A stretch of 64,000 nucleotides of DNA, taken from contig CAVQNT010000002.1 in NCBI GenBank assembly GCA_963714275.1, forward strand, positions 320,001 to 384,000. The letters are read 5' to 3'. Origin of the DNA: Candidatus Bathyarchaeota archaeon (GTDB lineage: Archaea > Thermoproteota > Bathyarchaeia > Bathyarchaeales > DTEX01). The position numbers and the translations under genes are program-made. The notes under the pieces are model-generated. The model was not told where the DNA came from and did not search any database. It saw nothing but the letters and a program-made list of their open reading frames with translations. Below, in pieces: positions 11,153 through 21,709 of this stretch (its first letter is position 1; each line of letters begins with the position of its first letter).

Positions 11153-11899
11153 GTGGCAAAAGCGAAGCGGAAAAAAGGCTATAAACGTGGCTATCCAGTA
11201 GCGCTTCTTGTAGGTTTCGAGGATAACCACGCAGTTCTGTGGCAAGTATTCAGTCAAACAGTAAAACTGCACTTAACAGTGGAGTGAACATAAGCAAACC
11301 AGACGAGCTGTCTAAATATACGTTTCATGAATCTATCGTCAACGCGTTAAGACCGCTGCTTAAGGAGGGAGTAAGAGCCGTCGTAATCGCGGCTCCAAGA
11401 AACACCACCTACGCAGCAGATTTTCTCGACCACGTACAAAGACACCACATGTACCTAACTAAATCGAAGGTCCAGAACAAAACAGTTTTCGGTGAAATAG
11501 TTGGCTCAGCAAGTCAGCACCATACGGTGGTCGAACTGTTAAAAACCGAGGAATTTCGCAGTCTAGTCGCGGAGACAACCTTAGGAGAAGCTGATCACCT
11601 CGTCAACACGTTGGAGAAACATCTCTACAACATCGACAACGACTCGGTTGTTCTATATTCACTTAAAGAAATCGAAGATATGATCTACGGCCGGGAGAAG
11701 CCAACCGGTTCCGAGAGCTGAATATCTGATACTTACAGACAAGTATCTTACCGGTGCCGGCGACAAGAAGAGAATCCAAAGGTTACTGCAGATTTCAAAG
11801 AACAAAAAAGTAATGACGAGAATAGTCAACGCGGAAACGTCAGCAGGCAAGCGAATCAGTCAATTCGGAGGCATGGTTTTCCTAAACGTAGTCAGCTAG
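11153..11899 (+). CDS. pelota/aRF1 domain 2-3-like protein; two frameshifts (~11284, ~11715)
   Basis: Joined frames end AEYLILTDKYL...RLLQIS..TRIVNAETSAGKRISQFGGMVFL. Confidence 0.65.
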
Positions 11900-11930
11900 C
11901 TAAACATATATTTACAAAAAACCTCTTCGT

Positions 11931-12392
11931 CTAAAGCGTCATTGAAGTCTTTTTCAGCCTCACAGCGTCCACATTATGATCATAATAATCCTTCAGCCTA
12001 ACAAGAAGTTTGTAACCATGCTTAGAGTATAATCTTCTTGCAGGAACATTGTCAACACGCACTTCAAGAACAAAATTCTTGACGCCTTTTTCAGCTAAAG
12101 CAGACTCAAAAAATTCGAGAAGCTTACTGCCAATTCCCCGTTTCCTGTGAACCTGTTTTACATCTAAAGTATAAACGTGCCCCACGTTTTCTTCAGCCGA
12201 CATTTCGATAGAACCAGTAATGAAACCAATAATCTCATCGTCCACTAACGCGGCGAAAGTGACAAAATCGGGCGCCAATAAACAATAGACAAGCTGGTCT
12301 TTAGAGAAAGCCTCTTCCGTAAAACACTCAGCCTCAATCCTAAGCAGGCTGCCCAAGTCGTTAACAGTCGCCTTCCGAATTTTGAGACCCAA
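11931..12392 (-). CDS. RimI-like GNAT acetyltransferase
   Basis: HRKRGIGSKL, LEVRVDNVPARRLY. Confidence 0.88.
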   Translation of the reverse strand: MGLKIRKATVNDLGSLLRIEAECFTEEAFSKDQLVYCLLAPDFVTFAALVDDEIIGFITGSIEMSAEENVGHVYTLDVKQVHRKRGIGSKLLEFFESALAEKGVKNFVLEVRVDNVPARRLYSKHGYKLLVRLKDYYDHNVDAVRLKKTSMTL

Positions 12393-12462
12393 TTGGTGCT
12401 CCTCAAATCATCTTATTCATGTTTTCTATTAATTTGGATGTTTGTTGAGAACACAAGGTGGT

Positions 12463-12975
12463 TTACTGAAACCTGAAAACAAAAACCTTGCCATCAGCCT
12501 TTTCTTTATACAACTTAACAGTCTTCTCGACAACATTACGAGTTTGGCCTAGAAACAGAAGATGGCTGCCACAGTGTTCCGTGCAGTCCGATGACCCAAA
12601 GACCAAAAATGGAATCTGAGCGTGGAACAATTCCCCCAAGCTTTGATTGATGGCGCATTCCATCTTCCTTTTCATTAAGCCTGCTACGACAGCCATTAGA
12701 TTAACATCTTTATCCGATAAAAGATAGTCAATGTGCCATCTTCTCGGTTTTTGTTTTTTATTGTGCCTTCGGATTCGTCCACCAAGACTTGATGATCCCT
12801 TGCCAAACGCAGAACCAGTATAAGCATAACAGCCCCTTTGAAACTTTCCTGAGCCTATTCTGCCGATTGCTATTTGTTTCTGAACCTGAACGAAAATTAA
12901 GAGCGTATAATTTCCCTTAGCATCTGAAAGTGCATTCAAAACAGACGATGCGTTTTCATCCAAGTTTCTGCCCAT
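12463..12975 (-). CDS. GIY-YIG nuclease family (DUF123) protein
   Basis: YAYTGSA, RWHIDYL, FGSSDC..C.SHL. Confidence 0.88.
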   Translation of the reverse strand: MGRNLDENASSVLNALSDAKGNYTLLIFVQVQKQIAIGRIGSGKFQRGCYAYTGSAFGKGSSSLGGRIRRHNKKQKPRRWHIDYLLSDKDVNLMAVVAGLMKRKMECAINQSLGELFHAQIPFLVFGSSDCTEHCGSHLLFLGQTRNVVEKTVKLYKEKADGKVFVFRFQ

Positions 12976-13412
12976 GTTTATTATTTCCTTTAGTATTTAT
13001 TCATAGAGGCTACTGGTTTCAATAATTTTTTTCTTTATATTTATTGGTAAAGCAAGTTTAATTTTTTTTCTCACACATCCCTCTCACACCACAACTTACA
13101 GAACACACGTATACACAACACAAAAAAACAAAAAAGTGCGTCAGGTGCGGCTTTCAGTTTTCATTTCTTTTCGCTTTCTTCAAGGACATGTGGGTAGAAA
13201 CGTCTTTAAAGTGTCTTGTACAGACTCGGGTTGCGGCTTCCTCATACGCTTTCCACGTTGAAGCTCTGGTTTCATTGTACGCTTTTAATTGTTCTGGTGA
13301 CAGTTCTTGTAGTAGCCTCATTTTTCGCAGACAGCCTTATCCTCTTCATTGCAAAAACATTTCAATTCTACCTTAGTGCGATTTCAACGGATAATTAAGA
13401 AGAGAAGCGTAA

Positions 13413-13628
13413 ATGTCTAACCCTGGGAAACAGCCTAGAATCACGATCAAGAAGGATGTTCTTGGCATTAAGGTTGGTATGGCTGACTATCGTTTCCTTA
13501 TTGCCCTAATCCTTGTTCTCGGTCTTGTAATTGTTCTTATCAGGGGAGATGCGGAAAGCGGTAAAGTCCTTGTGCCCCTTGTCCTGCTTGCGGTTGAATG
13601 GCATTTCAAGGACAAACTGAAAAGGTGA
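13413..13628 (+). CDS. small 2-TM hypothetical protein
   Basis: 71-aa ORF with two hydrophobic stretches. Confidence 0.5.
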   Translation: MSNPGKQPRITIKKDVLGIKVGMADYRFLIALILVLGLVIVLIRGDAESGKVLVPLVLLAVEWHFKDKLKR

Positions 13629-13765
13629 TCATAGCTAACCGAAAAGATAGTAACTAAAAGGTTAGGGATGTTGAAATGAAGGGTAAGCCTTGGACAGGTT
13701 AGGAGGAAAAGCAACTTAGAGAATTATGTGAACAGGGGAAACCTGTTAATCTCAAAGCTACAACG

Positions 13766-14017
13766 ATGAATAAGTCTCATCAAAGTGTGCAGAAGAAAAT
13801 TGTTAGACTTAATCTAAAAGTAGTCCACGGAATTCACAGGACTACATCAACGAGATTAAGTATCCCTGATGATCTTCCAAGCGTTGAGGAAGCCCTCAAA
13901 ATTCTGTGTGCTGCGTTAACAGCTCTTCAGAAAGGAGGACTTGACCAGGCTGAGGTTTTAAGGTTGTACCTTCTCACATTAGTGCCTAATTTGGGGATCT
14001 CCATCAGCATTTTTTGA
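13766..14017 (+). pseudogene. fragment of hypothetical protein, possibly from an integrated element
   Basis: SVQKKIVRLNL...LPSVEEALKILCAAL..GLDQAEVLRL; appears truncated. Confidence 0.4.
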
Positions 14018-14147
14018 AATAATTTATCGATTGCACTTAAATTTTGGTCAAACAATTCTGATCACGCCCCAAGACATAACATTGCTGTCCGAATCTTGAA
14101 TTATGTGCTGGTTCCTAAACAGTTCCTGCAGATAGTAGACTTTTCAT

Positions 14148-14417
14148 TTATTTGATTTCGATGAGTTGCATGGCTTCGTTGAAGTAATTGAGTACGTTTC
14201 TGCCTTTCTCTGTTATTTTGTAGAAAGTGTGGCTGTCCTCTTCTTCAGATGCTATTAAATTCTGCTCCATCATCGTGTCGAGAGCATGCATAAGGGGCTT
14301 CCAGGAAAGGTTTGTACGATACATTATGCGTGTGGGTTTGTCGACGCCTTTCCTTATAACCTGTAAAATATCAAGGTAAATTTCAAGCCTTGAACGTTTT
14401 GAGCTCACTTTAAACAC
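14148..14417 (-). CDS. winged-helix transcription regulator (HTH_45-like)
   Basis: RSRLEIYLDIL, PTRIMYRTNLSW, YKITEKG. Confidence 0.88.
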   Translation of the reverse strand: MFKVSSKRSRLEIYLDILQVIRKGVDKPTRIMYRTNLSWKPLMHALDTMMEQNLIASEEEDSHTFYKITEKGRNVLNYFNEAMQLIEIK

Positions 14418-14605
14418 CTATGAGATACAAATATTGTAAATACATAAAAGACAATGTGCGTAGCTTAACCCAACACAAAAAATTATTTTTTTTCTAATAA
14501 TTTTGAATTGTATTAATTTATTAGTCCTAGAAAAGAAGCTAGCTAGCTAAAGGATATATTTAGAATTACCAGCTAAAAAGGAATGAATTGAAATAAGGGA
14601 CTGCA

Positions 14606-15823
14606 ATGAGTGATTTGAAAAAAGACAGGGACATCCTGCGGGAGCTTGGAGAGAAAATTTCCAAAATTGCAGCCATGCCTGTCAATGAGCAACGTAAGGA
14701 ATTGCATAGAAGAATAAACAACTTAGAAAAGGCCAAACCTACTATTCATATTTACGAGGTCCCTTGGCATGAGATGAATGTTAACGATGAACTCAAGTTG
14801 AAAACAAGGGATCCTTTCTGTCAGGGCATTGAGAGGGATCTGAGGCGCATCCTTTACCTATGGAGGCATATGCAGGGCGACATGGTGGTTGAGCCTGTGA
14901 TCGCCCAGCCCCTCTGCATTCATGATACAGGCTTTGGCATCACCGAGGAAGTTGATATTGCTAGAACAGATGTGAACAGCGATGTGGTATCCCGTCATTT
15001 TCATGTGCAAATCAAAGGTGAAGAAGATATTGAAAAGATCAAAATGCCCATAGTAATGTTTGATGCACAGAGAACAGAAGGGGAATACCAAATGCAGCAT
15101 GATATCTTTGACGGCATTTTACCCGTAGAAAAGCGTGGAATGCCTCTGGAAAAGAAAATTTACCCGTGGAAAAGCTCCGAAAGCGATACCTCGTTTTGGT
15201 TTACACCGTGGGATGACATTGTCCGATGGACTGGAATAAAGGAGATTCTGATAGATATGTTTCGAAGACCCGACTATGTGCACAGTATTATTGATAGGAT
15301 GGTTACTGCATGGCTTCATCGGCTGGACCAGTATGAAAGGCTTGGACTTTTGAAGGCTTCTCCCATGAATTTTTGGGGAATAGGGGCAGCCCAGATTTTT
15401 GCAGCGGTTTCTCCAGCGATGCATGAAGAGTTTGCATTAAGGCATGAAGTTCGCTGGTATGAAAGGTTCGGATACAACTTTTACGGTTGCTGTGAACCGC
15501 TCCACCATAAGGTTGATATCATCAAGAAGAACATTCCCAAGTTGCGGAAGATTTCTATGAGTCCCTGGGTAGATTTTGATAAGGCTGTTAAAAATGTCCG
15601 AGACGAGATTGTTTTCGCTTGGAAACCTAATCCTGCTGTCCTTGCTGCCTCGGTTTGGGATCCGGAGACAGTGCGAAAGGACATGGAAAAGAAGCTGGAG
15701 AAAGCCAAAAATTGTATCGTGGAGATACACATGAAAGACATTAGTACCGTAAGGTACCAGCCTCAGCGTCTCTGGGAGTGGGCGCAGATAGCTGCAGAAG
15801 TAACTGGAAAATATGTGGCATAA
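14606..15823 (+). CDS. uroporphyrinogen decarboxylase/MtaA-like TIM-barrel protein
   Basis: VSPAMHEEF, YGCCEPLH, KISMSPW, WKPNP. Confidence 0.7.
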   Translation: MSDLKKDRDILRELGEKISKIAAMPVNEQRKELHRRINNLEKAKPTIHIYEVPWHEMNVNDELKLKTRDPFCQGIERDLRRILYLWRHMQGDMVVEPVIAQPLCIHDTGFGITEEVDIARTDVNSDVVSRHFHVQIKGEEDIEKIKMPIVMFDAQRTEGEYQMQHDIFDGILPVEKRGMPLEKKIYPWKSSESDTSFWFTPWDDIVRWTGIKEILIDMFRRPDYVHSIIDRMVTAWLHRLDQYERLGLLKASPMNFWGIGAAQIFAAVSPAMHEEFALRHEVRWYERFGYNFYGCCEPLHHKVDIIKKNIPKLRKISMSPWVDFDKAVKNVRDEIVFAWKPNPAVLAASVWDPETVRKDMEKKLEKAKNCIVEIHMKDISTVRYQPQRLWEWAQIAAEVTGKYVA

Positions 15824-16018
15824 TTCCTGTATTGATGACGGTATGAACATTACTTTTTAGAGGATTATGAGTTACCTCTTTTACTATTCAGTCTTACCAA
15901 CACTCAGTTAGCTAGAAAGTATTTTTTGGGTTTAGAATTAAAATTTAGGTAGATTTCCTCCCCTCCCTCATTTTTCACAGACTGTTTAAGTAAGCTTCGT
16001 TTCCAGCTACAATCTGAA

Positions 16019-16329
16019 ATGTTATCAACCAGAGAGAACCATTCAAAGGACCTTTGGAAAGATCTTGAGGCTGGGTTGGGAAGCAAAGCCCAGTTCAGAG
16101 TACTCTGGCATCTAATCTTGAAACCGGAAGAGGCATACACAAAGTACGGTTTAGTTAAGGCAACAGGGCTCAGAACCCTGCCATAACCGAACAGCTAGAA
16201 AGACTATCTGACCTTGGTTGGGTAAAGAAACATGAATCTTCTCCAATCACGTATCAAGCCTGCCTTGAGAATGAGGTCGTCAGACTCATTTATGAGCTCT
16301 TTTGTGAATTGAAAGGCGTTAAAATCTAG
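16019..16329 (+). CDS. HTH transcription regulator; frameshift in C-run ~16177
   Basis: Manual translation: LEAGLGSKAQFRVLWHL..YTKYGLVKATGLR..QLERLSDLGWV. Confidence 0.65.
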
Positions 16330-17151
16330 TTAGTAATCATCATTGAAAAAATGAGGGCGAGATTGTTTGAGGATCTTCAGACGCATCTCTAAGAAGAATT
16401 ATCTGCATGGAAAAGCAGTCTACAAGTACGAACGGCTCTACATCACTGTTCCAAAACGGTTTCAAAACATCGTGAAACCTTTCGTTGGGCAAGACAAAGT
16501 AAAGATTGAACTGGAAAACTGAAGGATTCGTGGTTAAGGTTCAGATCTTACCATGAACAGAGACCCTTAAGAGTGTCACAAAAAGGTTAAACTCGAATAG
16601 TGCGGGTTCAAATCTCTCTCAGCCCACTTTTTAAGCATCACAAATTTCCGTGCAGAACTTTCGATCAGGCCTTCTGATAACAGTGATTATGTGTACCAAT
16701 GAGTTGGGCGCCATGTTGCATCGTCTAACTTTTAAGAAGAAATATAGGGAAGGCTTGATTAGTTTGCTGTAAGCAAAAACGGAGATGTTTGAATGAAGGC
16801 CGATTATGATATCATATTTGAGGGAAAAAGACACAATAAAGAAGAATTCGTCTATTGCCCTTGGATAGAACCACCGGAAAAGAGAATGAAATACTGTAGT
16901 GCTTTCTATAGACTATGGGTAAGAGAAAGAGACGTGAAAACGGCGAAAGGATTCAGTAAAGACATTTAGTCGCAGTTTATGGACACGGAAATTTGTTCCC
17001 TTTTTTAACAGACTTTACAAAACAAAGAAACACAAAAAAGAACCGATAACGTGGAACGACTTCAAAGAATTAACTCTGTAGCATCGACACCTAAACCCAA
17101 CCCTAGCCTAATACTCTGTTAACTCCGACTATCAGAATATAAAATGCAGTG

Positions 17152-17458
17152 TCACAACTCAAGTATGTTTTCTTTGGTGGTCTCCAGTTTACCAGAACGC
17201 GGGATGCTTAGTTGGAGTTCATTTCTGAACTCAGTAACATAGGCATCGTTGATCTTCACCTTGTCCCCAATGTTCACAGAATCAATTTTCTCTTCCCAGA
17301 GTGAAAGCTTTATGGATCCTGTCTCATCCTGAAGGGTTGCGTCAGCTCACCGAACGCGGCCCATAACGCGTATTAACTCTTCTCGGTTCGGATTTGTCAA
17401 CGATCTTTCCTTCAACCGTAATGCCGCTCATTCCCCGCTTTATTTCGTTTATCTTCAT
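17152..17458 (-). CDS. single OB-fold ssDNA-binding protein; frameshift at ~17348
   Basis: MKINEIKRGMSGITVEGKIVDKSEPRRV..ADATLQDETGSIKLSLWEE..GDKVKINDAYVTEFRNELQL. Confidence 0.85.
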
Positions 17459-17500
17459 TGGTTCATCATCAAGGTTAACCCTTTTCTGTCTAGTTACTTA

Positions 17501-17978
17501 TTAGCTTATGAGTTTCTTTGCCGCGATCTTAACGTCTTTTCTTTCGACTGTTTTTCCCGCAATTGGAATTTTCACTTTCTTGGTATTCTGCAAGAACTTC
17601 TCGGTTACAAAGAATACTTGCTCCTCGGTTCTTCCCCTTACTTCTCCTTCCATGAAATCAAGTGAGATTTTGGCACCAACACTTCAACAGTTTGATGCAT
17701 CTCAAAAAGCCGTAGCTGTCCCTTTTCTCAAAAGCCTCAGTGCTCAGATCCTTAGGCAACAACTTTTGTATTTTGTCCAGATTCCAGCCGTCTGATTTCT
17801 TCAGGACAAAATCGCAATCCCTTGTGTATCGTGAGAGTGACGTAAAAGCTCTAAGAGCATATCCACCAATCAAAACAATCTTGGGATTTTCAAATCCGTT
17901 AGTCTGCTTAGACAATTGCTCGATTATTCTTCCAATCTCTTCCTCTCTCAAGTTCATGATTTCGGAATGCTTAACCAA
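17501..17978 (-). pseudogene. AbiEii-like nucleotidyltransferase, frameshifted (~17680) and probably shortened
   Basis: VLIGGYAL...RYTRDCDF. Confidence 0.7.
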
Positions 17979-18682
17979 GCTCAACAACCTTCTCGACTGC
18001 TTCATCAATTTCTCTTTTCACAAAGTCATCTTCCAATTTTGTCTCTCTATGCGGAAATTCAACCCCGCCTAACTCGCCTAACTGATGAAAGCCATACTCT
18101 AAAGCCTGTCTTAGCTCTAACGTTTGTCTTGGAAATTCTTTTCCAGTAAGACTCTTTGTACAATCTGTCCAAATTGATTTTATCCCGGTTCTCGTACAAA
18201 GTAGCGAATGCATCGGCAAAAGCCCATTTCTGCAAACACTCGATTACATTTTCTTCGATATCCTCAACAAGCAAGTTTCCAACTTTCCGATACTTGATTT
18301 TGGATGCGTCTTTCGAGTATTCGACTTCAACATTCCAACCTTTCTTCTTGGCAAATTCTTTCAATGCTTTTCCATAGGACTTGTCTTTGACTTTCAAGAC
18401 ATAAACGTCCCTGTGAATGAAATCATTGTTCCAGAAAGACGCGGCGGTTTGAGCAGAGACCACTTTGAAGTTCTTGTCTTTTTCCAAGAAGTCCCAGATG
18501 CCTTTGACTTCTGTAGGAACCCAATACCATCCCCACTTGACCCTTTCTATTGATCCTTCTTTGGCTAATTTGTTCAAGTATTCCTTGGCGTTTGGCTCAA
18601 TGTTTTTTATGGAGTTAACTTTAATCAAACTTCCTTTGAAGGGCCTCAATTTCTCGTTAAATTTTGTCAAGTATTTAGGCAT
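17971..18682 (-). CDS. AbiEi-like antitoxin/regulator; frameshift at ~18112
   Basis: LNKLAKEGSIERVKWGWY wHTH; directly upstream of the nucleotidyltransferase. Confidence 0.65.
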
Positions 18683-18685
18683 CGT

Positions 18686-18757
18686 TGTTCACCTTTTATT
18701 ATTGTTTGGCAAACTACTTAAAATTATCTGTTCACCTTTTTAACTATTTTGGCAAAC
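18686..18757. promoter_or_regulatory. two 29-bp imperfect direct repeats in the AbiE-like promoter
   Basis: TGTTCACCTTTT-N7-TTTGGCAAAC at 18686-18714 and 18729-18757. Confidence 0.7.
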
Positions 18758-18873
18758 ACTAGCTGACTAATACAACAGGCACACTAATCTCTGGATTGTG
18801 GAAAAAAAATAGAAAGACATCCACAACTCTAATGTAGCCTCGAATACGTAACGCTTGGGCATTATATCTTTAG

Positions 18874-19197
18874 TTAGATGGTCCAGTAAGAATGAAGCTT
18901 CAAGTCTTTATTGTTCACTTCGGCTCTCACAAATTCCACGATGTCTTCGTCCCTTATGTAAAGGTTTCCTGACTTGTCAGTGTGCAACGGTATGCCTGTC
19001 TTTCTAAGGCAATTCCCAACTGCGTTATCAATAAAAACATATTGTTTTTCGACAGCTGGCAAGATAAGCCTGAGACCTGTAAGGTGTCTAGCTGATACTC
19101 CCCGTTCAATATTGTAAGCAATGCTTTTAGGAGCATGCTCTATAATTAGTCTCTTAAACTCATCCCACGACTTCACTCTAATAATTTTGCCACTCAA
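18874..19197 (-). CDS. hypothetical protein
   Basis: 107-aa ORF directly downstream of the GcvH-like gene. Confidence 0.65.
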   Translation of the reverse strand: MSGKIIRVKSWDEFKRLIIEHAPKSIAYNIERGVSARHLTGLRLILPAVEKQYVFIDNAVGNCLRKTGIPLHTDKSGNLYIRDEDIVEFVRAEVNNKDLKLHSYWTI

Positions 19198-19219
19198 GTT
19201 AATGCTCCCGTTTCATAAT

Positions 19220-19687
19220 TCATTTTTTCAGTCTTGAGCGTTCGTTTTCGATTTTTCGTCTCATTACGTTAAAATAAGATTCAGGGTCGAGAAGGTTTTC
19301 TTTGTCCCTTTCGAAGTCTTTGGTCTCAATCCTCACGAACCATCCCTTGCCATATGGATCTTGGTTTACGAGTTCCGGTTTCTGCTGAAGTTCCTCGTTT
19401 GTTTCTTTCACTACGCCTGATACTGGTGATATCAGGTCAAGCATGGTCTTAATTGCCTCGAACGAGCCGGCTTCGTCAAACTGTTCGACCACGGTGCCGG
19501 ACTCTGGTAACTCAACGAATATGATGTCTCCAGCCATGTTTTGTAAGAAGTCAGTTATGCCTACAGTCGCAAATTTCCCCTCCGGTCTCGCCCAACAGTC
19601 ATTCTCATTATAAAAACGGTCTAGAGGAACACGAAAAGTCCACTTGTCAACTCTTAATTCCAGATGGGTCTCACCCATTTCATTCAC
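19220..19687 (-). CDS. GcvH-like lipoyl-carrier protein
   Basis: VGITDFLQ..GDI.FVELP, EAIK (lipoyl Lys), SPVSG, NQDPYGKGW. Confidence 0.9.
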   Translation of the reverse strand: MNEMGETHLELRVDKWTFRVPLDRFYNENDCWARPEGKFATVGITDFLQNMAGDIIFVELPESGTVVEQFDEAGSFEAIKTMLDLISPVSGVVKETNEELQQKPELVNQDPYGKGWFVRIETKDFERDKENLLDPESYFNVMRRKIENERSRLKK

Positions 19688-20091
19688 CTATTTTCTGCAA
19701 GCAGTTTATCGATTGTTTCTGCAACTTCTTGCGCAATTATTTCAGCGAGTTTCTCTCCATTCGACCCTATGTTAGATGCGGAGTCAGGCGTTAGATTGTG
19801 CTTCTTGGCGCTGTCTGGGACGAAAGCTCTTCCTCTAATTTTTCCGCCGTTCTTAATCACCAATTTGGTTGCGCAACGTTCAGCGCAACCGTCTACAGTT
19901 ATGACTGGAAGACTCTTGATTAATTCAGAATAATGGCTGACACCAGCCAACAAGGGGGTAAGACAGATCATTTTGGCATTGTTTGGCCTAAGATTTTCCG
20001 TAACCTTGAAAACGCTTGCGCGAGCCACTGAGCCTAGGGCTTTGTCCATGCCCGCGCATGCCACCACAGCTACTTTCACACCTTCCATCAT
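19684..20091 (-). CDS. DGC-domain putative zinc-binding protein
   Basis: ACAG, ICL, VDGCAERCA. Confidence 0.85.
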   Translation of the reverse strand: MMEGVKVAVVACAGMDKALGSVARASVFKVTENLRPNNAKMICLTPLLAGVSHYSELIKSLPVITVDGCAERCATKLVIKNGGKIRGRAFVPDSAKKHNLTPDSASNIGSNGEKLAEIIAQEVAETIDKLLAENR

Positions 20092-20103
20092 GACTCCCTT
20101 CTC

Positions 20104-20523
20104 TTAGCGCTCCTTTTTCTGACCTAAGGCTTCGTCCACCTTCTTCGCTATCTCTTCAGCCACTTTCTCGGCTAACTCCATGTCCTCAGCGCTCAATTCG
20201 TCTCTTGACTTCAGATTGAGCTGAGGATACTTCTTCAGAATATCAGTGACTACGACAGTTGCGGTGGGCTTACCGCTATACTTCTTCGTCCCGATTTCAG
20301 CGCATCTCTTCTCGCAGCCATCCACCGTTATTGTGGGAAAAACGCGGGCAAAGGCCCTCTCGTCCTCGCTTCCAGCCAAGAAGAGGGGAAGACAGATCGT
20401 AACCGTCTCCCCAGGTCTCAGCTTCTCCAAAACGAGTCGTGTGGCAATTCTGGAGATTGTTCCCTCTGGAATCTCCTCGCCGCTACAGGAGATTATGCCA
20501 ACCTTGTTCATTGCCATACCCAT
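20104..20523 (-). CDS. DGC-domain putative zinc-binding protein
   Basis: SCSG, ICL, VDGCEKRCA. Confidence 0.85.
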   Translation of the reverse strand: MGMAMNKVGIISCSGEEIPEGTISRIATRLVLEKLRPGETVTICLPLFLAGSEDERAFARVFPTITVDGCEKRCAEIGTKKYSGKPTATVVVTDILKKYPQLNLKSRDELSAEDMELAEKVAEEIAKKVDEALGQKKER

Positions 20524-20942
20524 TATTCATCTTCTCCCTCTATTTTGTCGATCTCCTTTGCCACTTCGTCGGCTAGGAGGCTTGCCAGATTCTCTCCTTC
20601 AGCGTTTAACTTGATAACCCCCTCAGGTTTCAATCCCCTATGATTCCGTAGAACATCTGTGACCATTATGCTCCTTACCAGCCTGCCCTTTGAGGCTTCA
20701 ATATTCTTTTTCGAGCACTGGGCTGGGCAACCGTCTATCGAAATGCAAGGGTTCTCGCGGATCATCTTCAACGTCTCCTCATCACCTATTGTGAGCAGGG
20801 CCAGACATGTAGTCCTAGCCTGGTCTGGTCTGAGTTCCTCAATGACCTTGTATGCTGCTTTTCTGCCTACAGTCCCGAGGGACTTACCTATTCCGCTGCA
20901 AGGGATGACGAAGACATTATGTTTAGACACTTTTCTCTCCAC
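20523..20942 (-). CDS. DGC-domain putative zinc-binding protein
   Basis: PCSG, TCL, IDGCPAQCS. Confidence 0.85.
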   Translation of the reverse strand: MERKVSKHNVFVIPCSGIGKSLGTVGRKAAYKVIEELRPDQARTTCLALLTIGDEETLKMIRENPCISIDGCPAQCSKKNIEASKGRLVRSIMVTDVLRNHRGLKPEGVIKLNAEGENLASLLADEVAKEIDKIEGEDE

Positions 20943-20944
20943 CT

Positions 20945-21229
20945 TTAGTAGCCTCTCTTATCTTTGATTATCTTAAGAACATCTGGTTTGCTTGGAAAGT
21001 TCAGCGCGTCTGCAGCGCAAACTTTTCGGCAACTCCTGCAGAATACGACGCAATTGTCTGGGTTCTTTATTATGAGTTTGGGCGGGTTACCTTCAACACC
21101 GTAAACGTTGTGAGGACAGAATTTGAGGCATTGGGGTTCCCCATCGCACAGATTACACTTCTCATAGTCTATGATTGGTGACCATGGAATCTCCTTGCGT
21201 GGCACGCCCATATAGGCTTCCTCAGACAT
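20945..21229 (-). CDS. 2x[4Fe-4S] ferredoxin
   Basis: CNLC....QCLKFCP and CVVFCRSCRKVC. Confidence 0.9.
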   Translation of the reverse strand: MSEEAYMGVPRKEIPWSPIIDYEKCNLCDGEPQCLKFCPHNVYGVEGNPPKLIIKNPDNCVVFCRSCRKVCAADALNFPSKPDVLKIIKDKRGY

Positions 21230-21593
21230 TTTTCCCCGTCTCCTTCAAAGCGTTCTTCACGACGTTCAAAGCTTCCTCCAATTTCATGTTTCTCACATCA
21301 AGCGGGATTAGATCCTTGTTGATGTCTAGGCCCGCTTTCGAGAAGGCGTCTCTGAAGAGCTTCCTCTGCATCACTGGCGCACAACCGGCTACAATGTATC
21401 TGCTTCCTTTCTTGAGGAACTCATCGAGGAAGCGTTCACCGTCCTCGTCGCAGAGCATGGGGTGGATGAAGGCGTACTCCACAGGATACTCGGTTCTTAT
21501 GATGTTGATGAAGTCCCAGATATCCAGCTGAGCAAAGCCTGGACATTTGCCTGTACAGACGCAGAATATGAAACCTATTTTACTATTTTCCAT
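21222..21593 (-). CDS. stand-alone HdrA N-terminal-like Cys domain protein
   Basis: FCVC..KC, HPMLC, VAGCAP, LDVRN resemble the HdrA N-terminal Fe-S domain. Confidence 0.6.
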   Translation of the reverse strand: MENSKIGFIFCVCTGKCPGFAQLDIWDFINIIRTEYPVEYAFIHPMLCDEDGERFLDEFLKKGSRYIVAGCAPVMQRKLFRDAFSKAGLDINKDLIPLDVRNMKLEEALNVVKNALKETGKNV

Positions 21594-21673
21594 AAATTTT
21601 CCCTTACTTTTTTAGGTTTGTTATTTTCGCCCTTTTTCGGTTCAATATTATTTGATGATGGGATATTCATAGC

Positions 21674-21687
21674 AATATTTAAATATT
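21674..21687. promoter_or_regulatory. perfect palindrome in the divergent promoter, candidate ArsR operator/TATA
   Basis: AATATTTAAATATT. Confidence 0.45.
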
Positions 21688-21709
21688 CTTATTAACTCAC
21701 TCATTAGAC

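Noticed and set aside
14537-14550. CTAGCTAGCTAG-type artificial contig linker as the explanation for the motif clusters
   Set aside because: Clusters vary in sequence and length, and many intervening pieces are under 200 bp. Not fully excluded without reads.
16602-16627. Intact tRNA gene
   Set aside because: Only a T-loop-like word; the stem pairs poorly and there is no 5' half.
19220-19687. Canonical glycine cleavage system
   Set aside because: No P, T or L protein genes nearby, so the symbol gcvH was withheld.
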